64,000 nt of DNA. Source: an uncultured Candidatus Saccharibacteria bacterium (GTDB lineage: Bacteria; Patescibacteriota; Minisyncoccia; Phycocordibacterales; UBA2163). Both the position numbers and the translations under genes were made by a program. This document shows, piece after piece, positions 47,621-58,243 of this stretch (within the stretch, counting starts at the first letter, position 1; each line of letters opens with the position of its first letter). Location: contig CAZVGL010000002.1 of NCBI GenBank assembly GCA_964626705.1, positions 386 to 64,385 on the forward strand, read 5' to 3'. The notes beneath the pieces were generated by a model that made no database searches, was not told the DNA's origin, and was given only the letters and a program-made list of their open reading frames with translations.

Positions 47621-48877
47621 CTATTCTAACAAAAGTTCTACCGCTTTATCAAGTTGTGGATCAAGTCCTGCTTTGAAGTCATCTGCAGTGAGCTCCACTT
47701 CTACATCTGCAGATAGTCCGCCATCTGATATAGAGTTTCCGTTTGGTGTGAGCCAACGCGCAACTGTTACTTTAAGTGACGTTTCTGGAGTGATCTTCAC
47801 AAGCTCCTGCACAGACCCTTTACCAAAACTTCTTGTTCCTACAAGCATTGCGACATCATGTTGTTGAAGTGCACCTGCCAGTATCTCTGACGCAGAAGCA
47901 GAACCTTGGTTTTGAAGTATTACCATTTTTAATTTATCAGTAAAAATATTATATCCCTTACTTCTATGCACTCTTGGTTTTGCATTCTCTCCGAAGTCTT
48001 CTGTCACTACCACCTTTCCTGCAGGCAAATACCAGCTTGCCATATCTATTGCCGCTTCAAGGAAACCTCCAGGGTTACCACGTAAGTCCAAGATCATCTT
48101 GTCACTTCCAGAAATAATAAATTCACGAAGTGCGTCTCGGAATAGGTTTGTAGATATTGCAGAGAAATTATGTAGCTCTATTACAAATACACCGTCCTCA
48201 CGAAACTCCGTGTCTATCGTAGGGATTTGTATCGTGCCTCTTATTATCTCTATCTCAAGAAGCTCATCTTCTCCTTCACGAAATATCGTAAGGTTTACAG
48301 CTGTACCACCTTCTCCACGTATAAGCTTCACTGCTTTGTCTATTGTCATCCTATCTGTTGCTATACCGTCAATTTTAAAAACTTTATCTCCTGCCATCAT
48401 ACCGGCGCGCTCTGCAGGACTTCCTTTAAGAGGAGCTATTACAGTAAGCACTTTGTCTCGTATCCCTATTTCCATCCCAACACCTTCAAAGTTCCCTCTT
48501 ATATCTGATTCAAATATCTCAGCATCTTCAGGTGGAAAAAAAACTGTATATGGATCTCCAAGAGAACCTGCAAGCCCCTGAATAGTTCCGTATAATTTAT
48601 CCTGATCTGTAGCAACATTAGTAGTTGTTGCAGAAACAAACTTTTCATTTATTGCATTCCATGTCTTCCAAAGTGGAGAAAAATCTATTACGGCAGGAGC
48701 AAGACTGCCGTCGTTTGAAACAGGCAAAGCAGAGCTTATATCACCATTCTTTTTTCCACCTAAAAAGAAACCAATAAAAAATACTCCGGCCACAAGCAAG
48801 ACTGTCACTATTGTCCAAGCAATAGAATATTTTTTAGTTTTTAGTTTTTCTGGGTTTTCCCCTAAAGAAGTTTCCAT
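47621..48877 (-). CDS. carboxy-terminal processing peptidase (S41, Ctp/Prc family)
   Basis: N-terminal TM helix, a PDZ domain (GVGMEIGIRDKVLTVIAPLKGSPAERAGMMAGDKVFKIDG) and S41 catalytic blocks (ILDLRGNPGGFLEAA; SASASEI). Confidence 0.85.
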   Translation of the reverse strand: METSLGENPEKLKTKKYSIAWTIVTVLLVAGVFFIGFFLGGKKNGDISSALPVSNDGSLAPAVIDFSPLWKTWNAINEKFVSATTTNVATDQDKLYGTIQGLAGSLGDPYTVFFPPEDAEIFESDIRGNFEGVGMEIGIRDKVLTVIAPLKGSPAERAGMMAGDKVFKIDGIATDRMTIDKAVKLIRGEGGTAVNLTIFREGEDELLEIEIIRGTIQIPTIDTEFREDGVFVIELHNFSAISTNLFRDALREFIISGSDKMILDLRGNPGGFLEAAIDMASWYLPAGKVVVTEDFGENAKPRVHRSKGYNIFTDKLKMVILQNQGSASASEILAGALQQHDVAMLVGTRSFGKGSVQELVKITPETSLKVTVARWLTPNGNSISDGGLSADVEVELTADDFKAGLDPQLDKAVELLLE

Positions 48878-48966
48878 AATTAATTTTAATTATCGCAAAA
48901 TTTTAAGATGCGGTCAAACAATAGACTTATGTACAAAATCTACTTGTTGGAGAATAGACAAATAGT

Positions 48967-48981
48967 TATAATAAAAACATG
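48967..48981 (+). promoter_or_regulatory. TATAAT-N6-ATG leaderless-type start module for corA
   Basis: TATAAT 48967-48972, aaaaac, ATG 48979. Confidence 0.35.
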
Positions 48982-49893
48982 TTAACTAAATATACTCATA
49001 AGAATGTCACTTGGATCGACCTTGAATCCCCCACGAAAGAAGAAGTTCATAGAGTAATGAACGAATACTCTATTCACCCAACTGTTGCAGAAGAACTTTT
49101 AATGCCTACCATGAAACCACGTGTAGATTTGCACGATAATTTTATTTATCTAATACTTCACTTCCCCGCTTTCAAACATACCCACAACCACAAACAAAAC
49201 CAAGAGATCGACTTCATAGTTGGTAAGGATTTTATTGTTACGACACGCTATGACACTATCGATCCACTTCATAAATTCTCAAAGATCTTTGAGACAAACT
49301 CAATATTGGACAAAAGTGACATAGGCACACATGCTGGTTTTGTATTTTTCTTTATGATAAAGAAACTTTACAAGTCGCTTGAACATGAACTTGAATATAT
49401 CGAAGATTCACTCGAAAAGATTGAAGAGGATATATTTAAAGGCCAAGAAAAAGAGATGGTCGTGGCACTCTCTATGGTAAGTCGTGACCTTCTTAACTTC
49501 AAACAGGCAATGCGCTCTCATAAGGAAGTATTAGATTCGTTTGATGAAGTCGGTATAGAATTCTTCGGAAAAAGCTTCTCTCACCATGTAAAATCTATAA
49601 TAAGTGAGTACTATAGAATAAATAATATGATAGGTACACATAATGATTCACTCTATGAACTTCGTCAAACAAACGACTCCCTTCTCTCAACAAAACAGAA
49701 CGAGGTAATGAAGACATTGACTATAATGGCTCTGATAACATTCCCATTGTCACTTATCGCATCTATCTTTGGTATGAATACCAAAGTCCTTCCTATAGTC
49801 GGGCAAGCTAATGACTTTTGGATAGTTATGGGTATGATGCTTCTATTAACATCTGTTATGTTTATATACTTCAAGTTTAAACGAATGCTCTAA
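48979..49893 (+). CDS. CorA-family divalent cation transporter
   Basis: 304 aa. Two C-terminal TM helices with an FGMNTK (GMN) signature between them. Confidence 0.8.
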   Translation: MLTKYTHKNVTWIDLESPTKEEVHRVMNEYSIHPTVAEELLMPTMKPRVDLHDNFIYLILHFPAFKHTHNHKQNQEIDFIVGKDFIVTTRYDTIDPLHKFSKIFETNSILDKSDIGTHAGFVFFFMIKKLYKSLEHELEYIEDSLEKIEEDIFKGQEKEMVVALSMVSRDLLNFKQAMRSHKEVLDSFDEVGIEFFGKSFSHHVKSIISEYYRINNMIGTHNDSLYELRQTNDSLLSTKQNEVMKTLTIMALITFPLSLIASIFGMNTKVLPIVGQANDFWIVMGMMLLLTSVMFIYFKFKRML

Positions 49894-49894
49894 A

Positions 49895-51343
49895 ATGAAA
49901 AAAGAGGAGGAAAAAATACCTATAATACTTCAAAACACTTTAGGTAATAAAAAGGAAGAATTTACACCACGCAAAGAAAGCGTGGTTACTATGTATAACT
50001 GTGGGCCTACAGTTTATAACTATGCAACTATAGGTAACCTCCGCGCATATGTTTTTGCAGATACACTAAAGAGAATGTTTGCATATAACGACTACGGAAT
50101 AAAACAAGTTATAAATATAACTGATGTAGGACATCTAACATCTGACGCAGACGAAGGTGAAGACAAGATAGAAACTGGCGCAAAGCGTGAAGGCATAAAA
50201 GTAGCAAAAATAATAAAACAATACACCGATGCTTTTATGGATGATATGCAAAAACTTAATATTGATATTTCTAAAATAGATTTTCCTAAAGCAACAGAAA
50301 ATATACCAGAGCAAATAGCTTTCATCCAAACTCTTGATGAAAAAGGTTATACATATAAAACAAGTGATGGAATATACTTTGACACATCTCTTAGATCTGA
50401 TTATGGCAAGCTTGGAAATATAGATACTAAAGGTCTCGAAGAAGGAGCAAGGGTGGAAAAAAATAAAGAAAAGAAAAACCTTACTGATTTTGCACTTTGG
50501 AAGTTTTCAAAACCTGAAGAACAAAGACAGCAAGAATGGGATTCTCCTTGGGGTGTCGGCTTCCCTGGTTGGCATATAGAATGTTCTGCGATGTCTCGCA
50601 AACTTTTAGGTAACCAAATAGACGTACACACAGGCGGAGTGGACCACATACCAGTGCACCACAATAATGAAATAGCACAGACAGAAAGCGTAACAGGAAA
50701 GCAATTCGTAAATTATTGGATGCATAATGAATTTATAACTATAGAAGGACAGAAAATATCTAAATCTCTAGGAAATGGGATACTTCTTAAGAACGTGATC
50801 GACCGTAGGTTTTCTCCACTATCACTTCGTTATTGGTTTCTAACTGCACATTACAGAACGCAAGCAAACTTCACATGGGAAGCACTTGAAGGAGCGCAGA
50901 CAGCACTATTTAAACTACATAAGCATTTTGTAGAGGACTATGGCGCAAAAAATGGAATGGTAAATGAAGAATACAAAAATAGATTCCATGAGTTCATAAA
51001 TGATGACTTAGACACACCGAAAGTAATAGCTCTTATGTGGGACTTAATCAAAGACGATAATGTACCAGATGCAGATAAGCGCTCTACCCTACTTGATTTT
51101 GACAAAGTACTTGGGCTTGGCCTTGATCATTCTGATAAAAAACTAGTAACATTACTTTCAGGCAAAGGTGAGAAACTAGAGCTTGGTAAGCTACCTAAGA
51201 CTATTCAGAAACTCATAGACGACAGAGAAGAAGCGCGGAAAAACAAAGATTTTACAAAAGCCGATGAACTTAGAGATAAACTCAAAGAAAAGGGTTACGA
51301 AATAGAAGACAAAGAAGACGGTCCTGAGGTACATAAAATCTAA
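49895..51343 (+). CDS. cysS: cysteinyl-tRNA synthetase
   Basis: CGPTVY, WHIECSAMS, HTGGVDHIPVHHNNEIAQ and KISKS motifs. 482 aa. The HIGH position reads YATIGN. Confidence 0.85.
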   Translation: MKKEEEKIPIILQNTLGNKKEEFTPRKESVVTMYNCGPTVYNYATIGNLRAYVFADTLKRMFAYNDYGIKQVINITDVGHLTSDADEGEDKIETGAKREGIKVAKIIKQYTDAFMDDMQKLNIDISKIDFPKATENIPEQIAFIQTLDEKGYTYKTSDGIYFDTSLRSDYGKLGNIDTKGLEEGARVEKNKEKKNLTDFALWKFSKPEEQRQQEWDSPWGVGFPGWHIECSAMSRKLLGNQIDVHTGGVDHIPVHHNNEIAQTESVTGKQFVNYWMHNEFITIEGQKISKSLGNGILLKNVIDRRFSPLSLRYWFLTAHYRTQANFTWEALEGAQTALFKLHKHFVEDYGAKNGMVNEEYKNRFHEFINDDLDTPKVIALMWDLIKDDNVPDADKRSTLLDFDKVLGLGLDHSDKKLVTLLSGKGEKLELGKLPKTIQKLIDDREEARKNKDFTKADELRDKLKEKGYEIEDKEDGPEVHKI

Positions 51344-51355
51344 TTACAAAGACCA

Positions 51356-51394
51356 CTTAAACCGCTCATTTCAGCACGAAATGAGCGGTTTAAG
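51356..51394 (+). terminator. stem-loop terminator after cysS
   Basis: 17-bp stem cttaaaccgctcatttc / gaaatgagcggtttaag with loop agcac. Confidence 0.55.
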
Positions 51395-51482
51395 TTATCC
51401 CCAATCTAAACACAGGTTACACACTTTTTACATCAATTTGGCAAGATGTTAGATTTTTTGTTTATGCTAAAATAAATCTAAT

Positions 51483-52886
51483 ATGGTAGTTAATCAAACA
51501 TCTCAAAAGTCTAATTTACGAATACCTCCACAGAATATTGATTCTGAAAAGGCACTCTTGGGTTCTATTATGCTCAAGCCTGATATCTTAAACGAGATCA
51601 CAACTATCATCACTCCTGATTCATTCTACGCTGAGAAGCATAGGATGATATATAAAACGATATTTGAACTCTTTGGTAAGAACGACCCTATCGATCTTCT
51701 TTCTGTTTCATCACGAATGAAAGAGAAAAAGCAGCTAGACCAAATCGGTGGAAGAAGCTATTTGTCAGAGCTCGTGAACCTTGTCCCCTCCGCAGGAAAT
51801 GCAAAACACTATGCAGGTCTTGTACAAAAGACTGGGATGATGCGCTCTCTAATAAATGCTGCTGACTATATTTCTTCTCTCGGTTATGATGAAGAACATG
51901 ACCTAGATGAGATGCTCGACAAAGCAGAAAAAAAGATTTATGAAGTTACAGAATCCCCTACTTTACATAAATTTACAGAGATCAAAGACTCACTCGGAGA
52001 AGCTTGGGACAGGATAGACCACTTGCACAAATCAGATGGTGAACTCCGAGGTGTACAAAGCGGATTTAGAGATTTGGACAATATGCTTTCAGGTTTTCAA
52101 AAATCTGACCTTATAATCCTCGCTGCGCGCCCTTCTATGGGTAAGACTGCTTTCGCACTCGACATAGCTCGACAAGCTGCTATACATCACGATGTACCAG
52201 TTGGAATATTTTCTCTCGAGATGAGCTCTCAACAGCTCGTAGACAGAATGCTCGCATCCGAATCAAAAGTAGATGCATGGAAGCTGCGTACAGGTAAGCT
52301 AACCGTAGACTCAGAGTTTGATAAGATACGAGAGGCACTTGATACACTTGCAAAAGCTCCCATCTTTATAGATGATCAACCAGCAAACAATATTCTAAAG
52401 ATGCGTTCTGTCGCTCGTAGACTCAAAAGTGAGCGCGGCATAGGGCTTATAATAGTAGACTACCTTCAGCTTATGGCACCGACAAATACTAAAGCATCAG
52501 ACTCTATGACTCAACAAGTTACAGAGATCTCCCGTTCTCTTAAGACTATGGCGCGTGAGCTTGAAGTGCCTGTAATAGCTCTGTCACAGCTTTCTCGTGC
52601 CATAGAACAAAGGAAAGGTAAACCAAGGCTTTCTGACCTTCGTGACTCTGGTTCTATCGAGCAGGATGCAGACGTGGTGATGTTTATACATAGAGAAGAT
52701 AAGATGAGTGACGACGCTGAAAAGACGAATATCGCAGAGATTATGGTAGAGAAGCATAGAAATGGACCAGTAGGTAAAGTAGATCTCTTCTTTGATGAAA
52801 AGAGAGTTACGTTCAACAGTATCGATAAAAGTAGTTTCGGTGACTTTGCAGAGTCTGAAGAAACTAGCGTAGATGCAGATTTCTAA
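51483..52886 (+). CDS. dnaB: replicative DNA helicase DnaB
   Basis: N-terminal PPQNIDSEKALLGSIM. Walker A ARPSMGKTAF, Walker B IVDYLQLM and RecA-like C-domain motifs. 467 aa with no intein. Confidence 0.95.
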   Translation: MVVNQTSQKSNLRIPPQNIDSEKALLGSIMLKPDILNEITTIITPDSFYAEKHRMIYKTIFELFGKNDPIDLLSVSSRMKEKKQLDQIGGRSYLSELVNLVPSAGNAKHYAGLVQKTGMMRSLINAADYISSLGYDEEHDLDEMLDKAEKKIYEVTESPTLHKFTEIKDSLGEAWDRIDHLHKSDGELRGVQSGFRDLDNMLSGFQKSDLIILAARPSMGKTAFALDIARQAAIHHDVPVGIFSLEMSSQQLVDRMLASESKVDAWKLRTGKLTVDSEFDKIREALDTLAKAPIFIDDQPANNILKMRSVARRLKSERGIGLIIVDYLQLMAPTNTKASDSMTQQVTEISRSLKTMARELEVPVIALSQLSRAIEQRKGKPRLSDLRDSGSIEQDADVVMFIHREDKMSDDAEKTNIAEIMVEKHRNGPVGKVDLFFDEKRVTFNSIDKSSFGDFAESEETSVDADF

Positions 52887-53494
52887 TGAATTCAATAAAC
52901 AAACTAACAGAATTATTTTCCAAATTCCCAGGGATTGGACCACGCCAAGCGAAGCGTTTCGTATATTTTCTGCTTACTAGAAACAATTCATTTTTAGAAG
53001 AGCTCTCTCGCCTATTACTTGAACTTAAGAAAGAAGTTTCTACATGTGGGTCCTGCATGAGGTTTTTTTCAAACTCTTTACACAATACTAAGGTATGCGA
53101 AATATGTAGAGACCAAAACAGACAAAGTGAGATGCTTATGATAGTCGAACGAGACGCTGATTTTGAAAATATTGAGAAAAGTAAGATCTATGACGGTAAG
53201 TACTTTATACTTGGTGGTAAAGTGCCGATACTTGAGAAGAATCCAGAAAACAGAATAAGAGTAGCTGAGCTAAAAGAAAGAATGGAAGATGAAAATATAA
53301 AAGAGATTATTCTCGCTCTACCCGTTAACCCAGATGGAGAAAATACAGAACGTTACGTAAGAGAACTTCTCTCACCTATTGCTGAACAAAACTCTATTAA
53401 GATATCTATACTAGGTAGAGGTCTCTCCACAGGTATAGAGCTCGAATACCCAGACTCCGACACTCTAAAGAATGCATTTAAGAACAGAACATAA
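52886..53494 (+). CDS. recR: recombination protein RecR
   Basis: HhH FPGIGPRQAKRF, a C4 zinc finger (CGSCMRF...CEICRD) and a Toprim domain. Start overlaps the dnaB stop. Confidence 0.9.
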   Translation: MNSINKLTELFSKFPGIGPRQAKRFVYFLLTRNNSFLEELSRLLLELKKEVSTCGSCMRFFSNSLHNTKVCEICRDQNRQSEMLMIVERDADFENIEKSKIYDGKYFILGGKVPILEKNPENRIRVAELKERMEDENIKEIILALPVNPDGENTERYVRELLSPIAEQNSIKISILGRGLSTGIELEYPDSDTLKNAFKNRT

Positions 53495-53526
53495 AAAAAC
53501 TCTAGAGCTAACTCTAGAGTTTTTTA
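53494..53526. terminator. bidirectional terminator between recR (+) and rplU (-)
   Basis: aaaaaactctagag cta actctagagtttttt: 9-bp perfect stem with flanking A/T runs. Confidence 0.65.
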
Positions 53527-53529
53527 TTT

Positions 53530-53853
53530 TTATTTAAGAGATTCTATCTTTACAGTATTGAAAATTTGTCTATGACCTCTTGTTTTGTTGTATCTAGACT
53601 TGGCTTTGTATTTAACTACATTTACTTTCTTTGCTTTTCCTTCTTCTACAAAACTTCCAATAACCTGTGCTTTGTCAATATATGGGGTTCCAAGCTCAGT
53701 GTTTTTGCCGTCATCAATAAGAAGCACTTTATCAAAAGTGATCTTGTCGCCTGCTTTAGGCTCATTTGGAAGTCGCTCTATCTTTACTGTATCTCCCTCA
53801 GATACACGATATTGCTTACCTCCAGTCTCTATTACTGCAAATTCTTTAGCCAT
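53530..53853 (-). CDS. rplU: 50S ribosomal protein L21
   Basis: MAKEFAVIETGGKQYRVSEGDTVKIERL; 107 aa. Confidence 0.9.
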   Translation of the reverse strand: MAKEFAVIETGGKQYRVSEGDTVKIERLPNEPKAGDKITFDKVLLIDDGKNTELGTPYIDKAQVIGSFVEEGKAKKVNVVKYKAKSRYNKTRGHRQIFNTVKIESLK

Positions 53854-53891
53854 AATCGTTATATATTACACTATATTAAGAAATAATCAAG

Positions 53892-54983
53892 CTATTCCTC
53901 CTTCTCAGGCTTTTCTACCAAAAGCGTATCAATATCGGCAGATTCACCGGTTATTTTCAGGACATCCTTATCTATCTTGCCGAGCTCTTTTGAGGCTGAA
54001 TTGTAATGGTTTACAGTAGTAGAAAGAGAGTTACCAACCTTCTTAAAGTACTCGTCATAGCTCTTCAGGTGTCTTGTAAGCCCTTCTACTTGCTTACCGA
54101 TCTGCTTTGCAGACTCCTCTATCTTGAACGCCCTGAAGCCATACAGCACAGACTGTAAATACGCCGCAAATGTCGTCGGAGAGACTATGATCACGTTCTT
54201 GTCTTTATAAGCATAATCTATCAGGCTTCTAGTATTTACTTTTACAGACCCGACTTCATTTACAAGTAAGTCATAATAAATCCCCTCTGCAGGAATAAAC
54301 ATAAATGCAAACGGAAGCGTACCATCTTTCGGCTTTATATATTTTGCTGTCTCGTCTATCCTCTTTTTAAGATCATTTTTAAAGTCTTTCTGAAGCTCTT
54401 CTTTTCTGTGTTCGTCTTCTTCATTTACTACACGATTGTAGTTGTCGAGTGAGAACTTCGCATCCACAGGTATCATTCCTTCTTTTGTCATTATCACTGC
54501 ATCTACTGTTTCCCCACCGTCAAACTGATACTGAAGCTTATAGGAAGTCGCAGGTAAGATGTTGCTCAAGATTAGCTCCAAACTCGCCTCACCCAAGTTC
54601 CCTCTCTGTTTTTGGTGTTTAAGTACTTTCTCTAAGTTTTGTAACTGCTCCGCAATAGTAAATACTTGCTTACTAGATTCATTAGCCTCTGCCATACCTT
54701 TTGATACATCTGTGAGGTGCTTTATCATTTGCTCATTTACGTCCTGCACAAGCCTTTGGGATTGATTAAACTGATGCCTTACAGACTCACTCATCTGTTT
54801 TGTAGACTCACCAAACTTACTGTCCATCACTCTTGTAAGTTCTTGGAGTTGGTTTTGTATAAGCATATTAGATTGACCGTCTTCTTTGCTTCCCTTCTTA
54901 CGCATAACAAACCAAATAATCACACCGTTAATAGCTGTGAAGACGATTAATATTATTACGATTAAACCAATAGCACTTGTCAT
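53892..54983 (-). CDS. rmuC: DNA recombination protein RmuC
   Basis: N-terminal TM helix, coiled-coil, conserved QRGNLGEASLELILSN block and C-terminal RmuC nuclease-like region. 363 aa. Confidence 0.8.
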   Translation of the reverse strand: MTSAIGLIVIILIVFTAINGVIIWFVMRKKGSKEDGQSNMLIQNQLQELTRVMDSKFGESTKQMSESVRHQFNQSQRLVQDVNEQMIKHLTDVSKGMAEANESSKQVFTIAEQLQNLEKVLKHQKQRGNLGEASLELILSNILPATSYKLQYQFDGGETVDAVIMTKEGMIPVDAKFSLDNYNRVVNEEDEHRKEELQKDFKNDLKKRIDETAKYIKPKDGTLPFAFMFIPAEGIYYDLLVNEVGSVKVNTRSLIDYAYKDKNVIIVSPTTFAAYLQSVLYGFRAFKIEESAKQIGKQVEGLTRHLKSYDEYFKKVGNSLSTTVNHYNSASKELGKIDKDVLKITGESADIDTLLVEKPEKEE

Positions 54984-55003
54984 AATTACTCAATTCTACC
55001 ACA

Positions 55004-57691
55004 CTATTTCTTCCTAAAGAATAAGAAGTATTTTGCCACCTCTATAGTAAATAGATTAAATATTCCAAGTACTCCAAGTGCAGCGAATTGAGGTATTGTA
55101 AGTGTAGTAAGTGACAGTAGCGTTCTAAGTGGTGAAAGAGACACTGCAGCTATTAGCAATAACACACTAAAGAAGAAAGCAATAATTAGGAATTTGTTTG
55201 AGAATATATTTATTTTCCAAAGCGGAGTATCAAAACTCTTAAGAGAGAATGTAAAGAATATCGAATCTATAGAGATAGCTACGAACATCATCGTACGCGC
55301 TGTTTCCACTGGTATACCCATCTTAAGAAATAAGAAATAAAGTCCTGCAAGCACAACACCTGTTATCACTCCAATAGTCAAAATAAATTTCTTTATCCTA
55401 GGTGTAAGAATATTTTTTGAAGCACTTGAGCGTGGGTTGCGTTTCATCAGATTCTTATCTCCTTTTTCAAATGCAAAAGCAAAACTCATAAGCCCTTCTT
55501 CTATAATATTTGCCCAAAGGATCTGTACTGGTAGAAGCGGTATTGGTGCACCAAATGCAAGAGCTCCAACTATTACAAACACTTCCACAAAACTTGTTGA
55601 GAGAAGATATGAAAGGATCTTTTTTAAATTATCAATAATCTTTCTTCCCTCTTCTATTGCAGATACTATTATAGAGAAGCTATTGTTAAGAAGTATTATA
55701 TCTGCCGCTTCTTGTGCCACTTCTGTACCACTTCCCACAGCGATACCTATGTTTGCAGAGCGGAGTGCTGGTGCATCGTTTATACCATCCCCCGTCATCG
55801 CTACTATCTCTCCGTCTCCACGTAGAAGCCTAGCAATGCGCAACTTCTGGTCAGGAAGCATACGTGAAAACACTTTTACAGTTTTAAGTGTCTTCAAGAG
55901 TTCTTTATCATCTTGAAGTTCAGTATCACTTCCCAAAAGCGCCCTGTCATCACTTTTTGCAATACCAACTTTTATAGCAATATTTTTGGCAGTTTCTGGA
56001 TTATCTCCTGTAAGCATTATTACACGCGCTCCAGCACCTTTTACTTTTGCTATAGCTTCTTTTACATCTTGCCGAACTGGATCTTCAAATGCCATAAATC
56101 CTGCAAAGATCGTCTTTTCTGCAATACTTTTTCCTTTATCTTTTGTATTCTTTTTGTCTGTCGACTTTGCATCTAATATTTTCCCCCATGCTACATCTTT
56201 ATATGATATTCCTATAAAGCGCATCCCCTGTGCACTTTTCTTTTTCTGTATTTGCTTGAAAGATGCGTAATCTTCTGTAGACAACTCTTCTACTTTTCCA
56301 TTCTTGAGTACATGTGTAGAGTGATCAAGTAAAGACTCAGGTTCTCCTGAAAAATAAATCCTATTCCTTTTATATTCCTTATTTTTATTTAAAGATGCAC
56401 CAAATCTGTTCTTAGATTCAAATTTTAGAAAATCTATCCTATTATTTTCTTTCTCTAGTTCTTCTTGTGATATCCCCATCTCAAGACCTGCGACAACTAT
56501 CGCTTTTTCTATTGGTCTACCTTGTACTACAAGTTTTTGTGCACTATCTCCTTCTTCTACAAATGCATCCGACGCAAGCACAGCCATCGTAAGAAGTGTT
56601 TTATCATCTTGTACTACTTCCTTAGAAGCATCTCTTAAAGATTCTAATGTATACAAAGATGCAAGTTTCATCTTCGCTTCTGTGAGCGTACCTGTTTTGT
56701 CTGTAAGTATTACTGTTGTAGCACCTAGAGTCTCAGCAGCAAGTAAATTCCTAACCAAACCTCCATATTTAAGTATTGACTCCATACCGAGCGCTAGGAC
56801 TACTGTCACAGCAGCTGGAAGTCCTTCCGGTATAGTAGCAACAGCAATAGCTATAGCTATTAGGAACATCTCACTAAATGGTTCACCACGTAAAATACCC
56901 AGCCCAAAGATAAGCACTACAGCAGCTATTATTATATATACAAGGAAACGAGCCACTTTTCGTATACTTTGTTGAAGTGGTGTAGCTTGATCCCCTATTG
57001 TTCCAAGCTGTTTTGCTATAGCCCCAACTTCAGTATTCTTTCCTGTCGCTATCACAACACCAATACCACTTCCTGAAGATACTAGTGTGCCCATATACGC
57101 CATATTCTCACGCTCTGAAAGTGATTTCTTATGTGTAAGTGTTTCCGTATTTTTATGCATTGGTGCCCACTCTCCAGTCAAAGAAGCTTCGTTTACAGAA
57201 AGATTATTTGCTTCAAGTATTCGTATATCTGCTGGCACCTGTGAACCACCTTCTAAGATAACAATGTCCCCAGGCACAAGGTCTTGAGACAAGATAACGA
57301 CCTTTTTACCCTCTCTTATTACAGTCGCTCGTCTTACTTGTGATTTATTAAGTTTTTCAAATGCTTTAGACGCCCTCTCTTCTTGGAAGACTCCTATGAT
57401 AACGTTTATAAAAAGTGCAGCAAAAATAACTATTGAATCTAAAAATTCACGAAGGAATAAGGTCGTCAATCCGGCGACAAGAAGTATAATAACAAGCGGG
57501 TTTTTAAACTGCTTTATAAATTTATCAAATATAGTAAGCTCTTCTTCTGTTTCAAATATATTTTTACCATATCTATTCTGAAGCATGTCTACCTTTTTTT
57601 GACTTAGTCCATTCTTAAAATCAGTAGATAATGTGCGCTCAATATCAGCCGGCGCAAATGTCTCCCACGATACATGTCTTTGTTTTTGCAT
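55004..57691 (-). CDS. P-type cation-transporting ATPase (type II, Ca2+-ATPase-like)
   Basis: 895 aa. TGES (LTGEW), DKTGTLTE phosphorylation site, MTGDGINDAPAL hinge and 10 TM segments. Confidence 0.9.
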   Translation of the reverse strand: MQKQRHVSWETFAPADIERTLSTDFKNGLSQKKVDMLQNRYGKNIFETEEELTIFDKFIKQFKNPLVIILLVAGLTTLFLREFLDSIVIFAALFINVIIGVFQEERASKAFEKLNKSQVRRATVIREGKKVVILSQDLVPGDIVILEGGSQVPADIRILEANNLSVNEASLTGEWAPMHKNTETLTHKKSLSERENMAYMGTLVSSGSGIGVVIATGKNTEVGAIAKQLGTIGDQATPLQQSIRKVARFLVYIIIAAVVLIFGLGILRGEPFSEMFLIAIAIAVATIPEGLPAAVTVVLALGMESILKYGGLVRNLLAAETLGATTVILTDKTGTLTEAKMKLASLYTLESLRDASKEVVQDDKTLLTMAVLASDAFVEEGDSAQKLVVQGRPIEKAIVVAGLEMGISQEELEKENNRIDFLKFESKNRFGASLNKNKEYKRNRIYFSGEPESLLDHSTHVLKNGKVEELSTEDYASFKQIQKKKSAQGMRFIGISYKDVAWGKILDAKSTDKKNTKDKGKSIAEKTIFAGFMAFEDPVRQDVKEAIAKVKGAGARVIMLTGDNPETAKNIAIKVGIAKSDDRALLGSDTELQDDKELLKTLKTVKVFSRMLPDQKLRIARLLRGDGEIVAMTGDGINDAPALRSANIGIAVGSGTEVAQEAADIILLNNSFSIIVSAIEEGRKIIDNLKKILSYLLSTSFVEVFVIVGALAFGAPIPLLPVQILWANIIEEGLMSFAFAFEKGDKNLMKRNPRSSASKNILTPRIKKFILTIGVITGVVLAGLYFLFLKMGIPVETARTMMFVAISIDSIFFTFSLKSFDTPLWKINIFSNKFLIIAFFFSVLLLIAAVSLSPLRTLLSLTTLTIPQFAALGVLGIFNLFTIEVAKYFLFFRKK

Positions 57692-57740
57692 TGCTTTAAT
57701 TATAGCAGATTTGTTAATTCTCTGTTAAGATTAAACTATT

Positions 57741-58190
57741 ATGTTACATACACAAATTAAAGAAAAGATAAAAGAAGCAATGAAAGCTAAAAGTGAAGTG
57801 GAGCTTTCTGTGCTTCGTGGGCTATCAAGCGCATTTACAAATGAATTAGTAGCAAATAAGAAAATGCCTAGTGATATGCTTACAGATGACGAAGTGCTTT
57901 CTGTTATTAAAAAACAAGCTAAACAACGCAAGGACTCTATAGAACAATTCAAAGCAGGCGGCAGAGAAGAGCTTGCAGAAAGTGAGGAAAAAGAGCTTGA
58001 GATACTATCTGCATATCTTCCAGAAGAGATGCCTAAAGAAGAGGTTGAGAAAATAGCAATTGCAAAAAAAGAAGAGCTTGGCGTGGAAGACAAATCAAAG
58101 ATGGGAATACTTATGGGTGCAATAATGAAAGAGACTAAAGGTAAGGCAGACGGCTCTGTAGTAAAAGAAGTTGTAGAAGGATTGTTTTAA
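57741..58190 (+). CDS. GatB/YqeY-domain protein
   Basis: 149 aa. Typical YqeY layout (KEAMKAKSEVELSVLR...LSAYLP...MGAIMKETKGKADG). Confidence 0.8.
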   Translation: MLHTQIKEKIKEAMKAKSEVELSVLRGLSSAFTNELVANKKMPSDMLTDDEVLSVIKKQAKQRKDSIEQFKAGGREELAESEEKELEILSAYLPEEMPKEEVEKIAIAKKEELGVEDKSKMGILMGAIMKETKGKADGSVVKEVVEGLF

Positions 58191-58198
58191 TAGACAAC

Positions 58199-58234
58199 AA
58201 AAAACACCCACGCCTTCGGCGTGGGTGTTTTTTG
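58199..58234. terminator. bidirectional rho-independent terminator
   Basis: aaaaacacccacgcc ttcg gcgtgggtgtttttt: 10-bp GC-rich stem with a UUCG loop and flanking A/T runs. Confidence 0.7.
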
Positions 58235-58243
58235 TTGTCTACA

